Shown piece after piece: positions 13,266-25,807 of a stretch of DNA of 64,000 nt (positions are counted from its first letter, which is position 1; each line of letters starts with the position of its first letter). This DNA is from Squalus acanthias (Eukaryota). The DNA lies in contig CM059438.1 of the NCBI GenBank assembly GCA_030390025.1, positions 68,326,001 through 68,390,000 on the forward strand, in the 5' to 3' direction. The notes below the pieces were generated by a model. It saw nothing but the letters and a program-made list of their open reading frames with translations, did not search any database and was not told where the DNA came from. A program made the position numbers and the translations under genes.

Positions 13266-13900
13266 TGGGCCCCAATTTTCACTTTCCCTCCACCCAGAGA
13301 GTACGAGGAGGTAGTTCCCCAGAAATCGCGGCGATAAACTTATCGCCTTTTCCCGCCTGGTGTCATTTTGGTTTGGGCTTCCAAGTGGACGGCCAAAATC
13401 TCATTTCAGTATGCCAATTGGGGTCCTATGATGTACATAGAACCCTACCACTATTTTATAGATGTGGCCACTGGTAGCAGGCTTTGAACGGCCTAACCAG
13501 CGATCCTTAAAGAGATCGTTGCAGGCTGCTCCAAAACCAGGTAAGCTTTTAGTAATTTTTGGAACTCCTAAGGGGCTAGGATGAACATGAATGTTCCTCC
13601 TGACCCCGTAACAATCTTTTGGCCGGTAGCCTGCATCCCCCACCCCTGCACCCCCCGGCCACACACCCATGGAGAGTAAAATTTACACCTTGGCTCAATA
13701 TCACGGCTACCGGAATTTCTCGCCCACACCCGCACAACCCCCAAACTCCCAAACCACCAGCTGGCAAGCTGCCTGTGAGCAGTGGCATGAATTAATATTG
13801 AAATGGGACCTGGCCCTCAATATGGCTCAGGCCTCTTGGCAGTGACTTGCGGAGGGCAGCTTGAGTGCTCGTCCAGCCTCCCCTCTGCCTGCCCGAACTC
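13266..13900. mobile_element. Probable degenerate Harbinger-type MITE, right end unclear
   Basis: Begins GGGCCCCAATTTTCAC; GC-rich interior with CCCGCC and AGGTAAG motifs like neighbouring MITEs. Confidence 0.4.
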
Positions 13901-13975
13901 CACATGTATTGATGGTGTGTTGATCTGCCATTTCACTCGATAACATGTCGCTGTCAATTGTACAAAGATTTTCAG

Positions 13976-14115
13976 GTCAGAAGGTGCAGTCACCCACTTA
14001 ACTCTGGTGACAAAGTCGCAACATTAATGTCATGGAAACTTTATCGGAACAAAGTCACAGCAATATTTGTCAGAACAGCTGGCAGAGGGTCGTCTATAGA
14101 ACTTGACAGGGAACA
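13976..14115 (+). CDS. Candidate host exon
   Basis: ttttcAG acceptor and CA|gtgagt donor. One open frame: VRRCSHPLNSGDKVATLMSWKLYRNKVTAIFVRTAGRGSSIELDRE. Confidence 0.25.
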
Positions 14116-14947
14116 GTGAGTGGCCTGGGCAAGGGGAATGCAAGAAAAATGGTGATGATGGGAAGGAATCAGGTTTCCTTTGACATAATCGAATTTGATG
14201 CTGAAGATTATATCCCAAGGACTCGTGTGTTAAGCTGAAGCTTAATATTGTCTCAAAAATGTTACGTGTTTAGATTTAAGAAGAAACTGCGCATGAGAAC
14301 CTATCTTCTTCCAGTGCACTGCAGCTTGAATATGGAAGCTTTATCAGGGACAAAAACGCACTGAGATCTCTTGCATCGTGTGGTCATCTAAGCTCCATAT
14401 CAACATAATAAGTAAATAAAATCCTGTAAACAAATTAATATTTAATGCAGGTTCCTATTTACAATTTGAATCATCATTCTTTCATAATATATGGGCACAC
14501 TTTGTCGGATGTCAAATTAGGAGGCAGGGTTAAACAATTTCTAAGTCCAAATACCCAATTAGCAATTCGTTGTAGTATTGCCTAATTAGTCATTTGTCAC
14601 CAGCTCTATATAATAGTTGTTTTCACAAGCTTCATGACTATAATCTGTCATCAGTGCATTCGCCTGTTAACTGATTATTGGTTTGCCAAGTGTTCATCAT
14701 CTTTGAAGTGTGTGCTTTTCAACGTTTTGGGCTTATTTTTTTTTCGTGACGGTTCAAATGTTTATGGAGTGGTTCATTCTCTGAAAGTGAGTTACTGCTA
14801 ATTAAACTTCGTGTTTTAAAAAAAAGCTCTTGCCTGCATGGGCAATGTTTGCTGATCGTTAAAAGCTGTTTAAAAGCTCATGCTTTAAGTTGACCAGTCA
14901 TGTTTATTACTCTGCATATGGGGCTTCACTTCTGAAGCTGGCTTCAG

Positions 14948-15416
14948 GAAATAGGAAGAGTGGAACAGGAGTAGGCCATTCAGCCTCACCAGAATGATAC
15001 CAGGGCTGAAAAGCATTAAGTTATGATTGCATTAACTTGGCTTGTATTCCTTTGAGTTGAGAAGATTGAGGGATGATGTAATTGAGCTGTTTAAAAGGAT
15101 CCATTGGGTAGCTAAGAAGTTATTTCCTTTGGTAGGGGAATCCAAAACAAGAGGGCACACTCTTAAAATTAGAGACAGGCCATTCAGGAATGAAATCAAG
15201 AAACACTTTTTTTGCACAAAGGATGTTGGAAGTTTGCAACTTGCTGCCCCAAAAGGCTGTGGATGCTGGGCCAATGATGCTGTGCATCCATAATATTTGT
15301 TAGGCGAGGGTATCAAGGGATGTGGCTCAAAGGTGGATAATGGAGTGAAGAGCATGATCTAATTGAATAGCGGAGCAGGTTCTAAGGGCTGAATAACCTG
15401 CTCCTATTCCTATGTT
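14948..15416 (+). mobile_element. CR1 3' fragment with an inverted copy of its tail at the 5' end
   Basis: ORF 15042-15293 (RRLRDDVIELFK, GESKTRGH); tail 15385-15416; inverted tail 14948-14988. Confidence 0.85.
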
Positions 15417-15769
15417 GCTAAGATCAGCTCTATTGGAGTTGGGGCAGCCGAAGGTAAATGATCTAAAAAAATAAGTTACGTAGTGAAAAAGGACCAAGGT
15501 CAGAGAAATAAAAAGAAAAATGATGAATGTTTGGACCAAAAACAAAATGGTGGAAATACACAGGAGGCCCCTCAGCATCTTAAGAGAAAAATGACAGACC
15601 GACATTTCAGCAGAAAATGTCATCAGCAATGGTGTGGTCAAGCAGAACAACACTTTATTGGATGGGCCAAAATAAAGGAAGGAGGGGAAGACAACAGGGG
15701 CCGATCAATAGTACACATCTGCTCACTACTTTTAGTACCACAACTTAAATTGGATTTCTCCGACACAGA

Positions 15770-16240
15770 ATTGTATCAGCAACAAATTGCATTTATGTCA
15801 CATCTTTACCATAATAAATGCCCCCAGGTAGCTTCACAGGTGGAAATAGAGAGGAAAACAGGCAGTCAGCCATGGAGGAAAAGATCTGGGAAAGTGACCG
15901 AAAAGTTGGGTTTTGAGAAGATATTTAAATGAGGAGCGGAGAGGTGCATAGATTTTTGTGAGGGAGTTCCAGAGAGGATATCTAAAGGGGCTGAAGATTC
16001 CACCATCGATGGTATGGTGAAGGGAGAGGGGCATGCACGAAAGACCAGCGTCAGCAGATCGAAAAGTGCAGAAGAGACTATAAGGCTCATGTGGGGCAAG
16101 AACATGGAGGGATTTCACTGAGATGGCAAGGGTTTTAAGCTACATTTGTTGGCAGTCAGGGAGCCAATATAGATCAGTGAGGATGTGATTGATCGACGTG
16201 TGGGACTTAATGCGGGACAGGATCCGGGGCTGTCATTTGG
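15770..16240 (-). mobile_element. Degenerate L2 LINE 3' end
   Basis: LWNSL...SSFKYLLKTQLF in ORF 15834-16118. Confidence 0.7.
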
Positions 16241-17439
16241 GCAGATTTTCGTTGGTGGAGGGTGGGAGTGGGGTTGGGTTTATCAGCAATTATTGACATT
16301 CCTTAGCAGAGGGATGTGCTTGAGCGAATTGTTCAAATTGCCAATTTTTGTACATAAATTTTACACCTCCTCATAATAAGGAAAAAAAGAGCTTTATCTG
16401 AGTTGCGTTGGTGGTGATGGCAACTTTCTTTCCCAATTGTCACTGCGCATTAGCTACACCGAGTATCAGACTCCAGAGATCGCAGATACAAAGTGTGATG
16501 TATTTCACCAAGTCCTGCTCCATCTTCTTTTTGAAACCTATTTCTGAATTCTTATTTAATGCTTTGTTGCCGACCTTCTGGGACAACAAACCACCGTGAT
16601 GAAGAACCTTTGGAGAAATGTAGCAGGCTTACAGTACAGTGCAGTTACTCATTCAAATCGGGAAGAATGCAGGCCCGAGGATAGTGCCCTGAAGAAAGCC
16701 GACATTTCCAAATAGTGCAGTAATTCAGAGCAATGACTCTGCGCTGTGGTCTATAGGTGAGGTGAATTGGCTTTGGGATAAATGAGCTCGCCTTGCATTG
16801 TAACAAGTAAGCACGCTATTAGTCTAAGCTCGTTGGAATGCGAACGGGTCGCCGTGATGGAGTGCGGTTATTGGCACTTTAATTACCTCTGGGTGTGCTG
16901 GATTGTCCATGGTGGCAGATAGGAACATTGCAGCCAATCCTCAGGTGGGAATAATTCAGTGCTGCATTGCATTAAGTAGTGCAGTGACAGACGGTCAGTC
17001 AGTGAAGCAGATGATTCTGAATTGTAAAAGAACCCACAGATGTTTCTGGCACATGGAGTATCATACATCAAACTTAATGTTTATATTTTCTACACATCGC
17101 GTTGAACTGAATTCGGCTTTTTTTTTAAATCACGGTAATTTACAATACAATTTGTTTCTCTTGCAACAAGCAATGAATGTGTTCAAAGATTTTGTGCCTC
17201 ATAGGTAATTTAGAGAAGGTTTCTCATTTAAAAGTGCTTGCTGAGTATATTTCATACAAAGACATTTATTTTTGTGAAGTGGTTTCTTATGAGAGTCTCA
17301 CTATTACGACCCCTTTAAAGGCCAGTTACATAATATTACGACCAACAGAGTGTATTGATTTGTTTTGTCTCGATTCTAAGAGCCCGAAGACTACAATTCA
17401 GCTCTCTCCATTGTCCTTTTTAATGGTAGGGTGAATGAA

Positions 17440-19040
17440 AGAAGAACAAACCTGCATTTATGTAGCGCCTTTCACGAATTCAGGGTACCCCAAATCGTTT
17501 TACAACCAATGAAGTACTTTTGAAATGTAGTCATTGTTGTAATGTAGGGAAACACGGCAGCCAATTTGTGCACAGCAAGGTCCCACAAATAGCAATGAGG
17601 TAATGACCAGTTGCACTATTTTTAGTGATGTTGCTGGAGGGATGAATATTGGCCAGAACACAGTGAGAACTCCACTGCCCTTCTTAGAATAGTGCCATTG
17701 GATCTTTTACGTCCACCTGAGAGTGTAAACGAGGCCTCGGTTTAACATATCATCCAAAAGACAGCACCTCCGACAGTGCAGCTGAAGGGATATTTACTAG
17801 TCCTAGCCCCTTTAGGGCTACCCCGGATCAGGCGTATTCCTCAGACGTTCACTTTCAACTAAAGTTTGAGGTAGCCGAATCCTAAAGACGCTTAATTGGG
17901 TCTAAAGGTCCGGACTATCTCTCCCTAAAGGAAAGGAACAACCTGAAAATGTTACCGTCCTCCAGATAGCACTTTTAATAAGTTTAGCAAGACTGTAACA
18001 TTCCGGATATTATGAGGGTCCAGAAAACTCCCCCAGAATTCTGCAACTCCTCACCAAAGAGTGTACAGAGATTGAGTTTGCGAGTTTGATACAGAAGTCT
18101 TATGTGAGACAATTCAAAAAATATATAGATTTATTAAAGAACCGACATGTAATTTACAGTTGGTGAGTCAATCGCAACATTAACAGTTCCAAAAAGAGAA
18201 AGCTTACAATCTTATTATCAGAGAACCTTACTCTCAAATCTTAACCGCTACAGTTTTACAGTTCTTTAAGTTCTACAGGATATCCACCAAAATCAAATAC
18301 CTTTGATTCCCGAGGTACAAAAGTTGGAGACTTACAGAGCCGCCTCTGAAGCTGAGAATCACTTTGCCCCTTTAAAGCGAGTCTGTTATCCCATTTGAGA
18401 GTCCAATATTTATACCCTTTTCCAGTGGTATTCCCTTTAAGGTTTTCTGCTGATGTAAGCTAATTATCTCTAGTCATTTTTCTGCTGAACACTGCAATTC
18501 TTACAGTCACCTCAGCTGGTAGCATTACAGAATTATGTCTCTTCTCTAGGTGTTCTAAGTTTACCATAAAAAACGGTGTTACAGCAGGTGTGTTTTTTAC
18601 TTGATGTCATTTTTACGAAGGCAGATGTTTCTTACTTTTATGTGCTTCTTTACGAAGTGTAAATTAGAACACCTTATTCAAGGTGAACCATTGTTTCATT
18701 CCAAAAGGTTCAGCCTGCCGGAGCCTTTAACCTTCTGTTTCAATAAAGTTATTGATTCAGTGTCAACAACTATCTTATCTCTATAGCCAGAATGCTTTCA
18801 CAGCTTTTTCATAGTTAGGTTTCTAGATTTCAAACCCAGTTTGTCATGTTTTAATAAGGCCAGAATTCTTTCATAGAATGGTGTATTTTTCTGAATAGGT
18901 TATATGGCTTATTCCTTCACACAGCACTCTCTCAGTAATGCACTGAAATGTCAGCCCAGATTATGTGCTCAAGCCTCTGGAGCGGGGCTTGAAGCCACGA
19001 CCTTCAGATTCAGAGTGAGAGTGCTACCACTGAGCCCGGT
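17440..19040 (-). mobile_element. Deu-domain SINE (SacSINE1/AmnSINE-like) split by a solo LTR
   Basis: 17440-17782 plus 18922-19040 together reverse-complement to the SINE at 33401-33869. Confidence 0.85.
17783..18921 (-). mobile_element. Solo LTR (Gypsy/ERV-type)
   Basis: TG...CA ends with a short inverted repeat (TGAAGGGA / TTCCTTCA(CA)); 4-bp TSD CAGC; minus-strand TATA (~18409) and AATAAA (~18130); cleanly interrupts a SINE. Confidence 0.75.
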
Positions 19041-19315
19041 TGACACCCAGTGCCCACAATTAAGGGCAATATTCCAAATTTGGCCTCACTGGAGATAATA
19101 CAAGGTTTTGACTTCTTAAACCAGCTTTGCCCCTCTCTGGTATGTGAAATGGGAGATGTATTTTTGATTGTAGCTGTATATTCTAAATTTAAATTATACA
19201 ATTAAAAATAGATTCAGAAATATCCACGTAAGGGTAATGACACTAATTCCATTATAACATTTTGAGATTTTTAGCTATCTTAGTCTTGAAGGGATTTTGA
19301 TTTAATTTACATTAT

Positions 19316-20807
19316 GGCCCTAATCTTGCTGGAAAAATAATGACATGTTCTCTACACACACCGTTATTAATGCACAAATCGGCCAGCAACTTCAGCCACA
19401 GAAGAGATATGCCGTGAGTTGCGAATCTCCATAACTTGCTGGTCAATTTACGCCGCTCCACTATTTGCTTGGCACAAACTGCACAAACTCTCCCTTCGCC
19501 TCCCCATTATCTTTTAGAATTTGCTGGATTTGCACATTAAACTCAAATTAAACTCATCGCAGAAAGTTAGAGCCAAAGTATCCTTTTAACAACGTGATAA
19601 TTGTTAATGCAACGCCAATCAACCACTCTGGCCCAGAAAGGAAACCATTTATCTGTTGAGTCATATTCCTGCATGCAGTAAATTCTTCTTGGAGATTTAA
19701 ACATTTAGGGGGGAAAAATTGGGTTGATTTGTGCCTCTCGTTAGCGCCCCTGGGGGGCGCGAACAGGTCACAAAGCCCCTAGCACCCGGGCGCGGTGCCA
19801 CTAACACCTCCTGCGAAATTCAGCGGGAGGTTAGCGGCGACAGTAGCTGGTGGAGCCGTGCAGCCCTGCTCCGCGGCGATTATGCCACCGCCGTGCGCAG
19901 CGCCCCGCTCGCGCCCCGGCCGCAATCTTCGGTTGTGCCCCCTGCTCTATCGCCGGACGATATGTCCGACAGTGTCAGGGTGGTGTTTTTGCAGCCACGG
20001 CGGCACTCGTAAAAGGGGCTGGTGTCAGGCGGCCATTTTTTTTGGGGCCGACTGCCAGCCCCGGCCCCCTTCCCCTTTTTTTCTTCGGGGTGCCGGCCGC
20101 GATCGCTCAGCCCGGCGCTCCTCTTGAGTGCCGGGCTGTTTACATGGCGCCCCACTCCCCGGTGGTCCAGCAGGGCCCAGGTGCGTGCAGTGCTAGGCCC
20201 CTCCCCTTTAATCAGTGGAGGAGTCCTTCAATGATGCGGCACTACGTGCTGACCCACGTGGCGCTGTTGCATGTAGTGCCGCGATATTCAATTGTAGCGC
20301 CCTAAGAAGGAGGTGTAGCGCTTCCAGTAGCACTCCACCTCCTGATTGGGGCGCTACAACTGAATTTTAGGTGGAGTGGCGCTAATTTTTAAATTAGCGC
20401 CCCGGCGACATTAGCGCCCCAAAGGGGGGGCGACACCCAATTTTTCCCCCTTAAAATTTAACATTTTTTTCTCTCTTATCCTTTGTCTTTTTTTGCTCTC
20501 TCTTAATTCAGTCTTTCTTCCTCTTACTTTATTTCTCTTTCAGTATCCTGATTTGACTCTAATTCACCCTCCCTCTCCATTTATCCGCTGTTTCTTTCTC
20601 AATCCTCAAATCTCATTGGTTAAGGAGATAGCCTCTTTGTCCCACCATTCACCGACGTCCCAGGTGCCCCGTTTCCCTCGGCACGCCGTTATCAGCTCGC
20701 ACTTCCAGCAAGTTACAGCGCAAACATTCTCTGAGCTGAACGGTGCAGGAAAATGTCTAACGAACGGCGCACACCGCGAGATGCCCCAGTCCAACAAGAT
20801 TTGGGTC
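19316..20807. mobile_element. Harbinger-type MITE hosting a nested MITE
   Basis: Imperfect 18-bp TIR GGCCCTAATCTTGCTGGA / TCCAACAAGATTTGGGTC; ATTAT on both flanks. Confidence 0.75.
19708..20450. mobile_element. Harbinger MITE related to the autonomous element at 23822
   Basis: TIR GGGGGAAAAATTGGGT; TSD TTA; subterminal TTAGCGCC repeats; left end alignable to 23822-23960. Confidence 0.92.
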
Positions 20808-21349
20808 ATTATGTTGTTTGAATGAAGTTAGATTTCATTCATAAAGGGTTAACTCTCAGACAGACATGCAAACACATTCTGAAATGTTGTTTTAGACAAA
20901 TTAGTTGGAATATCAAAAGAATCACAGATGTCTATTCTCACATACAATGGCACTTGTAAGAAATGGGGAGCCATTCAACACATCCTAGAGCCAGTTACAG
21001 CTTTAATGCCAGGATGGTTTTCATCCACTCTGCCCAGTGGGGGAAGAGAGGACTTAGCTATACAGCCAATAAAATTGCCACAGTTTTCACACCTAGTGCA
21101 GAGGGGGAGAGTTTCTCATTAGAGGGTAAGTTTGATTGGCTGCTCGACAAGCCAATCCTTGATGCAGCGAGCTGAGGGAGGGTTCAGATGTCAGTCTTTC
21201 TCTCACCATTTCCCCCAGGGAAGACAGTGTTGGGGAGCTGAAGTCTAGAACCGTTAGAGTGAGACGTAGAGGTCCTGGTTTCTAAGATTGATGCCAGTTA
21301 GCCCAGGGATTGCTAACTTGTGACTGAATTCAGCCAGTAAGAGAGAGGT

Positions 21350-21718
21350 AGGCTGGAATTTTCTGAGGTAAGAGTGGGTGGGTTGGAGGCATGAGAGGGG
21401 AAGTGAAAGTTGAAAAAATGTGAACCCCGACCCCAACCCGCCTCCAACCCGCCCACTTTCACCTTTCACTCAGGAGGGGGGGGGGGGCAGGGCTGCCAGC
21501 CCACTGCCAGGAGGCGGGTCGGCAATTTAAATATGATAATGAGGCCTGAAGCCTCTACATTAAACTGCTTTGCCGGTTTTACTGCAGGCGGCCGGGGATC
21601 CCGGGGCTCGGGATTCCCGGTGGCTGCAACGAGGCGGCCTCAGCCTCGGGGAGCAATGCTTGTGGGCCGGGAGGAGCAGGAGTGCTTCGTGCGGGTGGGG
21701 CCCGGGAAAATCCAGCCC
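21350..21718. mobile_element. Short Harbinger-type MITE
   Basis: GGCTGGAATTTTC ... GAAAATCCAGCCC termini; no clean TSD. Confidence 0.7.
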
Positions 21719-21884
21719 AAAATTTAGGATGCCCTTTTTATACATATTGACCATGTCTCCTCAAAGTCTAATGTACATAATTTAGATCAAAGCTAATCTT
21801 GGCGTGTGGGGCCAGTTCTAGGACAAAGTGGACAACAGCAACACACAACTCTAGCTTATTTGCTCCAATTGCCACAGTTCAATA

Positions 21885-22150
21885 TATGGGCGCGGTACAT
21901 GCGCCGTCCAACTTTTGCCCATTTTGGGCATCAGGTTCCTGAAACAGGCGTTCGGCCCCAATTAGCGTATTCAAGGGGACTAAAGTCTGTTTTTAGCAGA
22001 TGCCTCAGGCACTCTGATGTCATCAATTGCCAATGTAGCTGCCAGTGCACTTCCGAGGGGGGCCAGACGTGTGAGCTGGTGCCCGGAACTCGGTCTCCCC
22101 CCAACTCTTATTTTTCGGCCCCGAAATCAGGCACTGACGATTTCTCCCCC
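21885..22150. mobile_element. Harbinger MITE end fragment
   Basis: Ends ATTTCTCCCCC, the TIR type seen at 30515 and 42003. Confidence 0.45.
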
Positions 22151-24322
22151 AATGACCCTCCATCAAAATCATATTCTCAGAAATATTCAATTATTTTCAT
22201 AGTTATTTTAGAGTGGCGTTTATAACGACAGCCTAAACAGTTACTTTCTTCCTCTAAAGAGCACTTCCTTGAACCCAGTTATAGTGTAAATCCTTCTCGA
22301 GAGGAGCAGTGTGCCCACAGGAAGTCCGACTCTGTCTCGTAACTGGGTCAAACTGGTTTTAATCAAATAAAGAAAGATCTGCTGTGCTGAAAACCTGAAT
22401 GACAATACCAGTCCAACCTTCTGCTGGAGCAAGTATGCCATAGATTCACTTTGTATAGTCAAAGTGCCTGATAGGTGTCTACTGTGTAATCCAGGCTTTT
22501 AAACTGGCGTCCTTGCCCTGTATGCATGTCCAATTACTTGAAGGAAAATATCACCACTGTGTTAATAATAAGTTTTGCTGCACTGCCTTCTAACTCATTC
22601 TTTCTTAGGATCTCAAAACTGTGAAACTACGTAACTCTCTCACTCTTCCCTTCCTCTGAGGTTGGCGTCACCTGACCTCCGCCATTTAATTCATCTGAAT
22701 GTCTTTTCTCCTGTTCTCAACTTTGATGATGCCCTTCACCTTGGTTTCTCAATAAACAAAATATTGGCGTTATATTGCGGTCACTTGTAGTGAAAGTAGA
22801 TCTTGTTGGTGCCATCACTTCTTACAGACACGCAAAGGATCTTGGCAATGCACCGCGAAAACAATATTCAATGTTCCTCATTGCTGAGCTGTGTGTAAAA
22901 GTTCACACTGAAGCATATATTGGGAGTCCGGCAGCCTGAGATTGCCATGGCAACCATTATGTGATAACATTGCTTCAGCTGAATTCAGAATCAGCACTTC
23001 TGTTTAGATGTAATGATTTTGGGTCTTTTGCTGAACAGTGATGTGTGGGACATTTTTTAAATTATATTTTTGTTCTGTGAATGTTATTGAAGCAAAATGG
23101 GGAAAACTGCAGAAATGAGCACAGAAGGGGGATTATTGAATTAAACTTTGAACCAAGGAGTTGTAAAATAGTCATAGGGGTGGGGGGGAGAACTTTTTAT
23201 TCAACTATTTTTTGTTAAAAATCTGGACAGAATATGAACACATTTACGAGTTTCCAAAGTTAATAATAATTTCATTTATACAGGTAAGTAAGTTTATTGA
23301 GGGGATGTTGTTGCCTCAGATGAGCTGTAGCCTCAGTTTCTGGAATGTTTTGTTCTGAAAGCCCTTTTGCTGTATAGCCTTATTGGTCATCAGTGAAAAC
23401 CTCATAATATGTGGTTCTGTTTGAACTTTCACAGTGTATCCCTTTCTATTTTATTTTCTTAACTATGAGATTCATTGTTAATACAAGGCATAAGTGCCCA
23501 GATAAATGTTTTAGAGCTGTGAGGCATAGAAGCATAGATGTTTACAGCACAGAAGGAGGCCATTCGATCCACTGTACCCATGTCAGCTCATTATTGCAGG
23601 TGTCCAAAGATGGACCCACTGCCTGTGGTCTCCGCCGAACCACGATTCTTCCACCACTTCAATTATTTGTCTCTATCTCAACCATTCTCTGTGGCAAAGC
23701 ATTCCAAACTCTTTAACAACTCTCCATGTGAAGACATTTCTTCTAACCTCTCTCCTCCCTCTCTTAGTGGGAATTTTAAATTGATGACTCCTCATCACCG
23801 ACTACACAACTAGAAGAAATAAGGGGAAAAATTCAGTTGGTTGCACCTCCCGTTAGCGCCTTAAGAGGGCGCTAATGAGGCGCAAAGCAACTAGCACCCG
23901 GGCGCAGCGATGTTTGCACCGCTCGGGAAATTAACTAGACATTTTGCGGCGGCGCTAAACATTACCGCCCCGATCTCCTGCGCACGCAGATCTTGACGTC
24001 ATACGAGGGTGCAACGTTCTTGTAGCGCCCCGGAGCGGAAATTGAGTGGCGCCCCAGCCTTTCCGCCTGGCGCAACCAACGACTGGAAGACTGGAACGCT
24101 CCCCAGTCGCTGTGGGGCTGGGGGTCGCTATTTAAAGGGGGCTTCTTCCTGTCTTTCTCTGTGGTCGACATTTTTGTACCACTCGTTCTGAGAGAGGGAG
24201 AGATTCGGAGAGAGAGAAAGAGAGACTTCTGCATTGAGTCAAAGATATGTGTGTGGTAGTTTTGGCTACTGATCATAACTTTGCAGGTACTTGACTTTCA
24301 TAACTTTGATTGCCAAGAAACT

Positions 24323-25372
24323 ATGGGGGCTGCACTGATTGGGGGCGTCGTCCTGCGCCACCAGAATCGGAGGACACAGAGACGCAGACAGAGACGCAGA
24401 CAGAGAGTGGCAATCATGGCCAGACGGAGGAGGACCAACAGGCCTCAGTACAGGAGACCTTACCCTCCCAGGGTATATCGCCAACAATTCTCATATATTA
24501 TGTCTGAGGAGCAGTGTTTGCAAAGGCTGCGCTTCAGCAAGGAGGTAGTCACTGAGCTCTGCCATCTGCTGCAGCCAGATCTGCAGCCTCAACTGAGGTC
24601 CAGGACGTCTCTGTCGGTGGCAGTGAAGATCACAGTGGCTCTGAACTTTTATGCCACTGGCTCATTTCAATCAGCTACTGGGGACATCGCCAATATCTCC
24701 CAGTTCGCGGTGTATTGCTGCATCTGTCAGGTCACAGATGCCCTCTTTAAAAGGAAACGAGAGTACATATCTTTCCCCATGACCCCGGACAAGCAGCAAG
24801 AACGCGCAATGGGCTTTGCTAGGATAGCGTGCTTCCCCATGGTGCAGGGCACCATTGACTGCACGCATGTGGCTTTGCGTGCTCCGCATGAGAATGCCGA
24901 GGATTTCCACAACAGAAAGGGGTTCCATTCCTTGAACGTTCAGTTGGTCTGTGACCACAGACAGCTGATACTCGCTGTCAATGCCCACTATCCTGGCAGC
25001 TGCCACGATGCATTCATCCTGCGCCAGACTACTATGGCAGAACTTTTCCAGGCACCGCATCAGCCAGGTGGTTGGCTTCTCGGGGACAAGGGATATCCAC
25101 TGAGCACCTGGCTGATGACACCGCTCCATACGCCCAACACCCCTGCTGAGCTGCGGTACAATGAGAGCCATCAAGCCACTAGGAACATCGTTGAGCACAC
25201 AATCGGTGTGCTCAAGCAACGGTTCCGCTGTCTGGACCATTCTGGAGGAGCCCTGCAGTACTCGCCTGAGCGAGTTTCCCACTTCGTAGTTGTGTGCTGC
25301 ATGCTGTATAACCTGGCAATCCTCAGGACCCAGCCAATGCCACCAGGCATTGGAGCACCACCAGAGGAGGAG

Positions 25373-25404
<32 letters not shown>

Positions 25405-25450
25405 TGATCATCAGCAGCACCAAGGCGGGAGGGAGGCCCACATTCTTTAA
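24323..25450 (+). CDS. Harbinger DDE transposase (HARBI1-like nuclease family)
   Basis: Uninterrupted ORF from ATG 24323 with IDCTHV, NRKGFHSLNVQLVCD, PGSCHDAFIL, LLGDKGYPL and RNIVEHTIGVLKQRFRCL, then a poly-Glu tail. Probable ancestral stop at 25495. Confidence 0.95.
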
Positions 25451-25807
25451 ACTGGAAGGGCCGTCCTTCAACGGCTGATAGCAAGCCGCTTCTAGGCCCC
25501 TGCTGAGGAAATGGCTTCTGCCATTGAGAACAACATGAATGAAAAAAACCCGCAACCCCTAAGCTGACCAAGGCAGCAATGATTCCAAAGGCCAAACATG
25601 TACATTTTGAATACAAAAACTTATTTATTGTACAAAGTCTGTGTGTGTCATTTCTTCATGACAAACTAATAGAAAGAAACACAAAAAAAATAGTCATTAA
25701 CATAACTGGTTCTCACAACCTGGAGATAATGTCCAAAACACTAAACAAACGTCTGACCACGAACCTCGACCTTTAATAAAAAAATGACCAACATTTCGTC
25801 ACACCTC

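Noticed and set aside
19731..20305. Cluster of overlapping GC-rich ORFs
   Set aside because: Inside a GC-rich MITE where stops are rare; no protein motifs.
23231..23283. Possible exon ending at the strong donor CAG|gtaagt (23284)
   Set aside because: The upstream acceptor is poor and I could not fit its phase to the other candidates; left unannotated.
24323..25450. Domesticated host gene HARBI1
   Set aside because: The ORF lies within TIRs with a TSD, is paired with a Myb gene and is inserted in a CR1, so it is a transposon copy. No gene symbol was assigned.
24671..25555. 294-aa minus-strand ORF
   Set aside because: Antisense shadow of the transposase, with no recognisable motifs.
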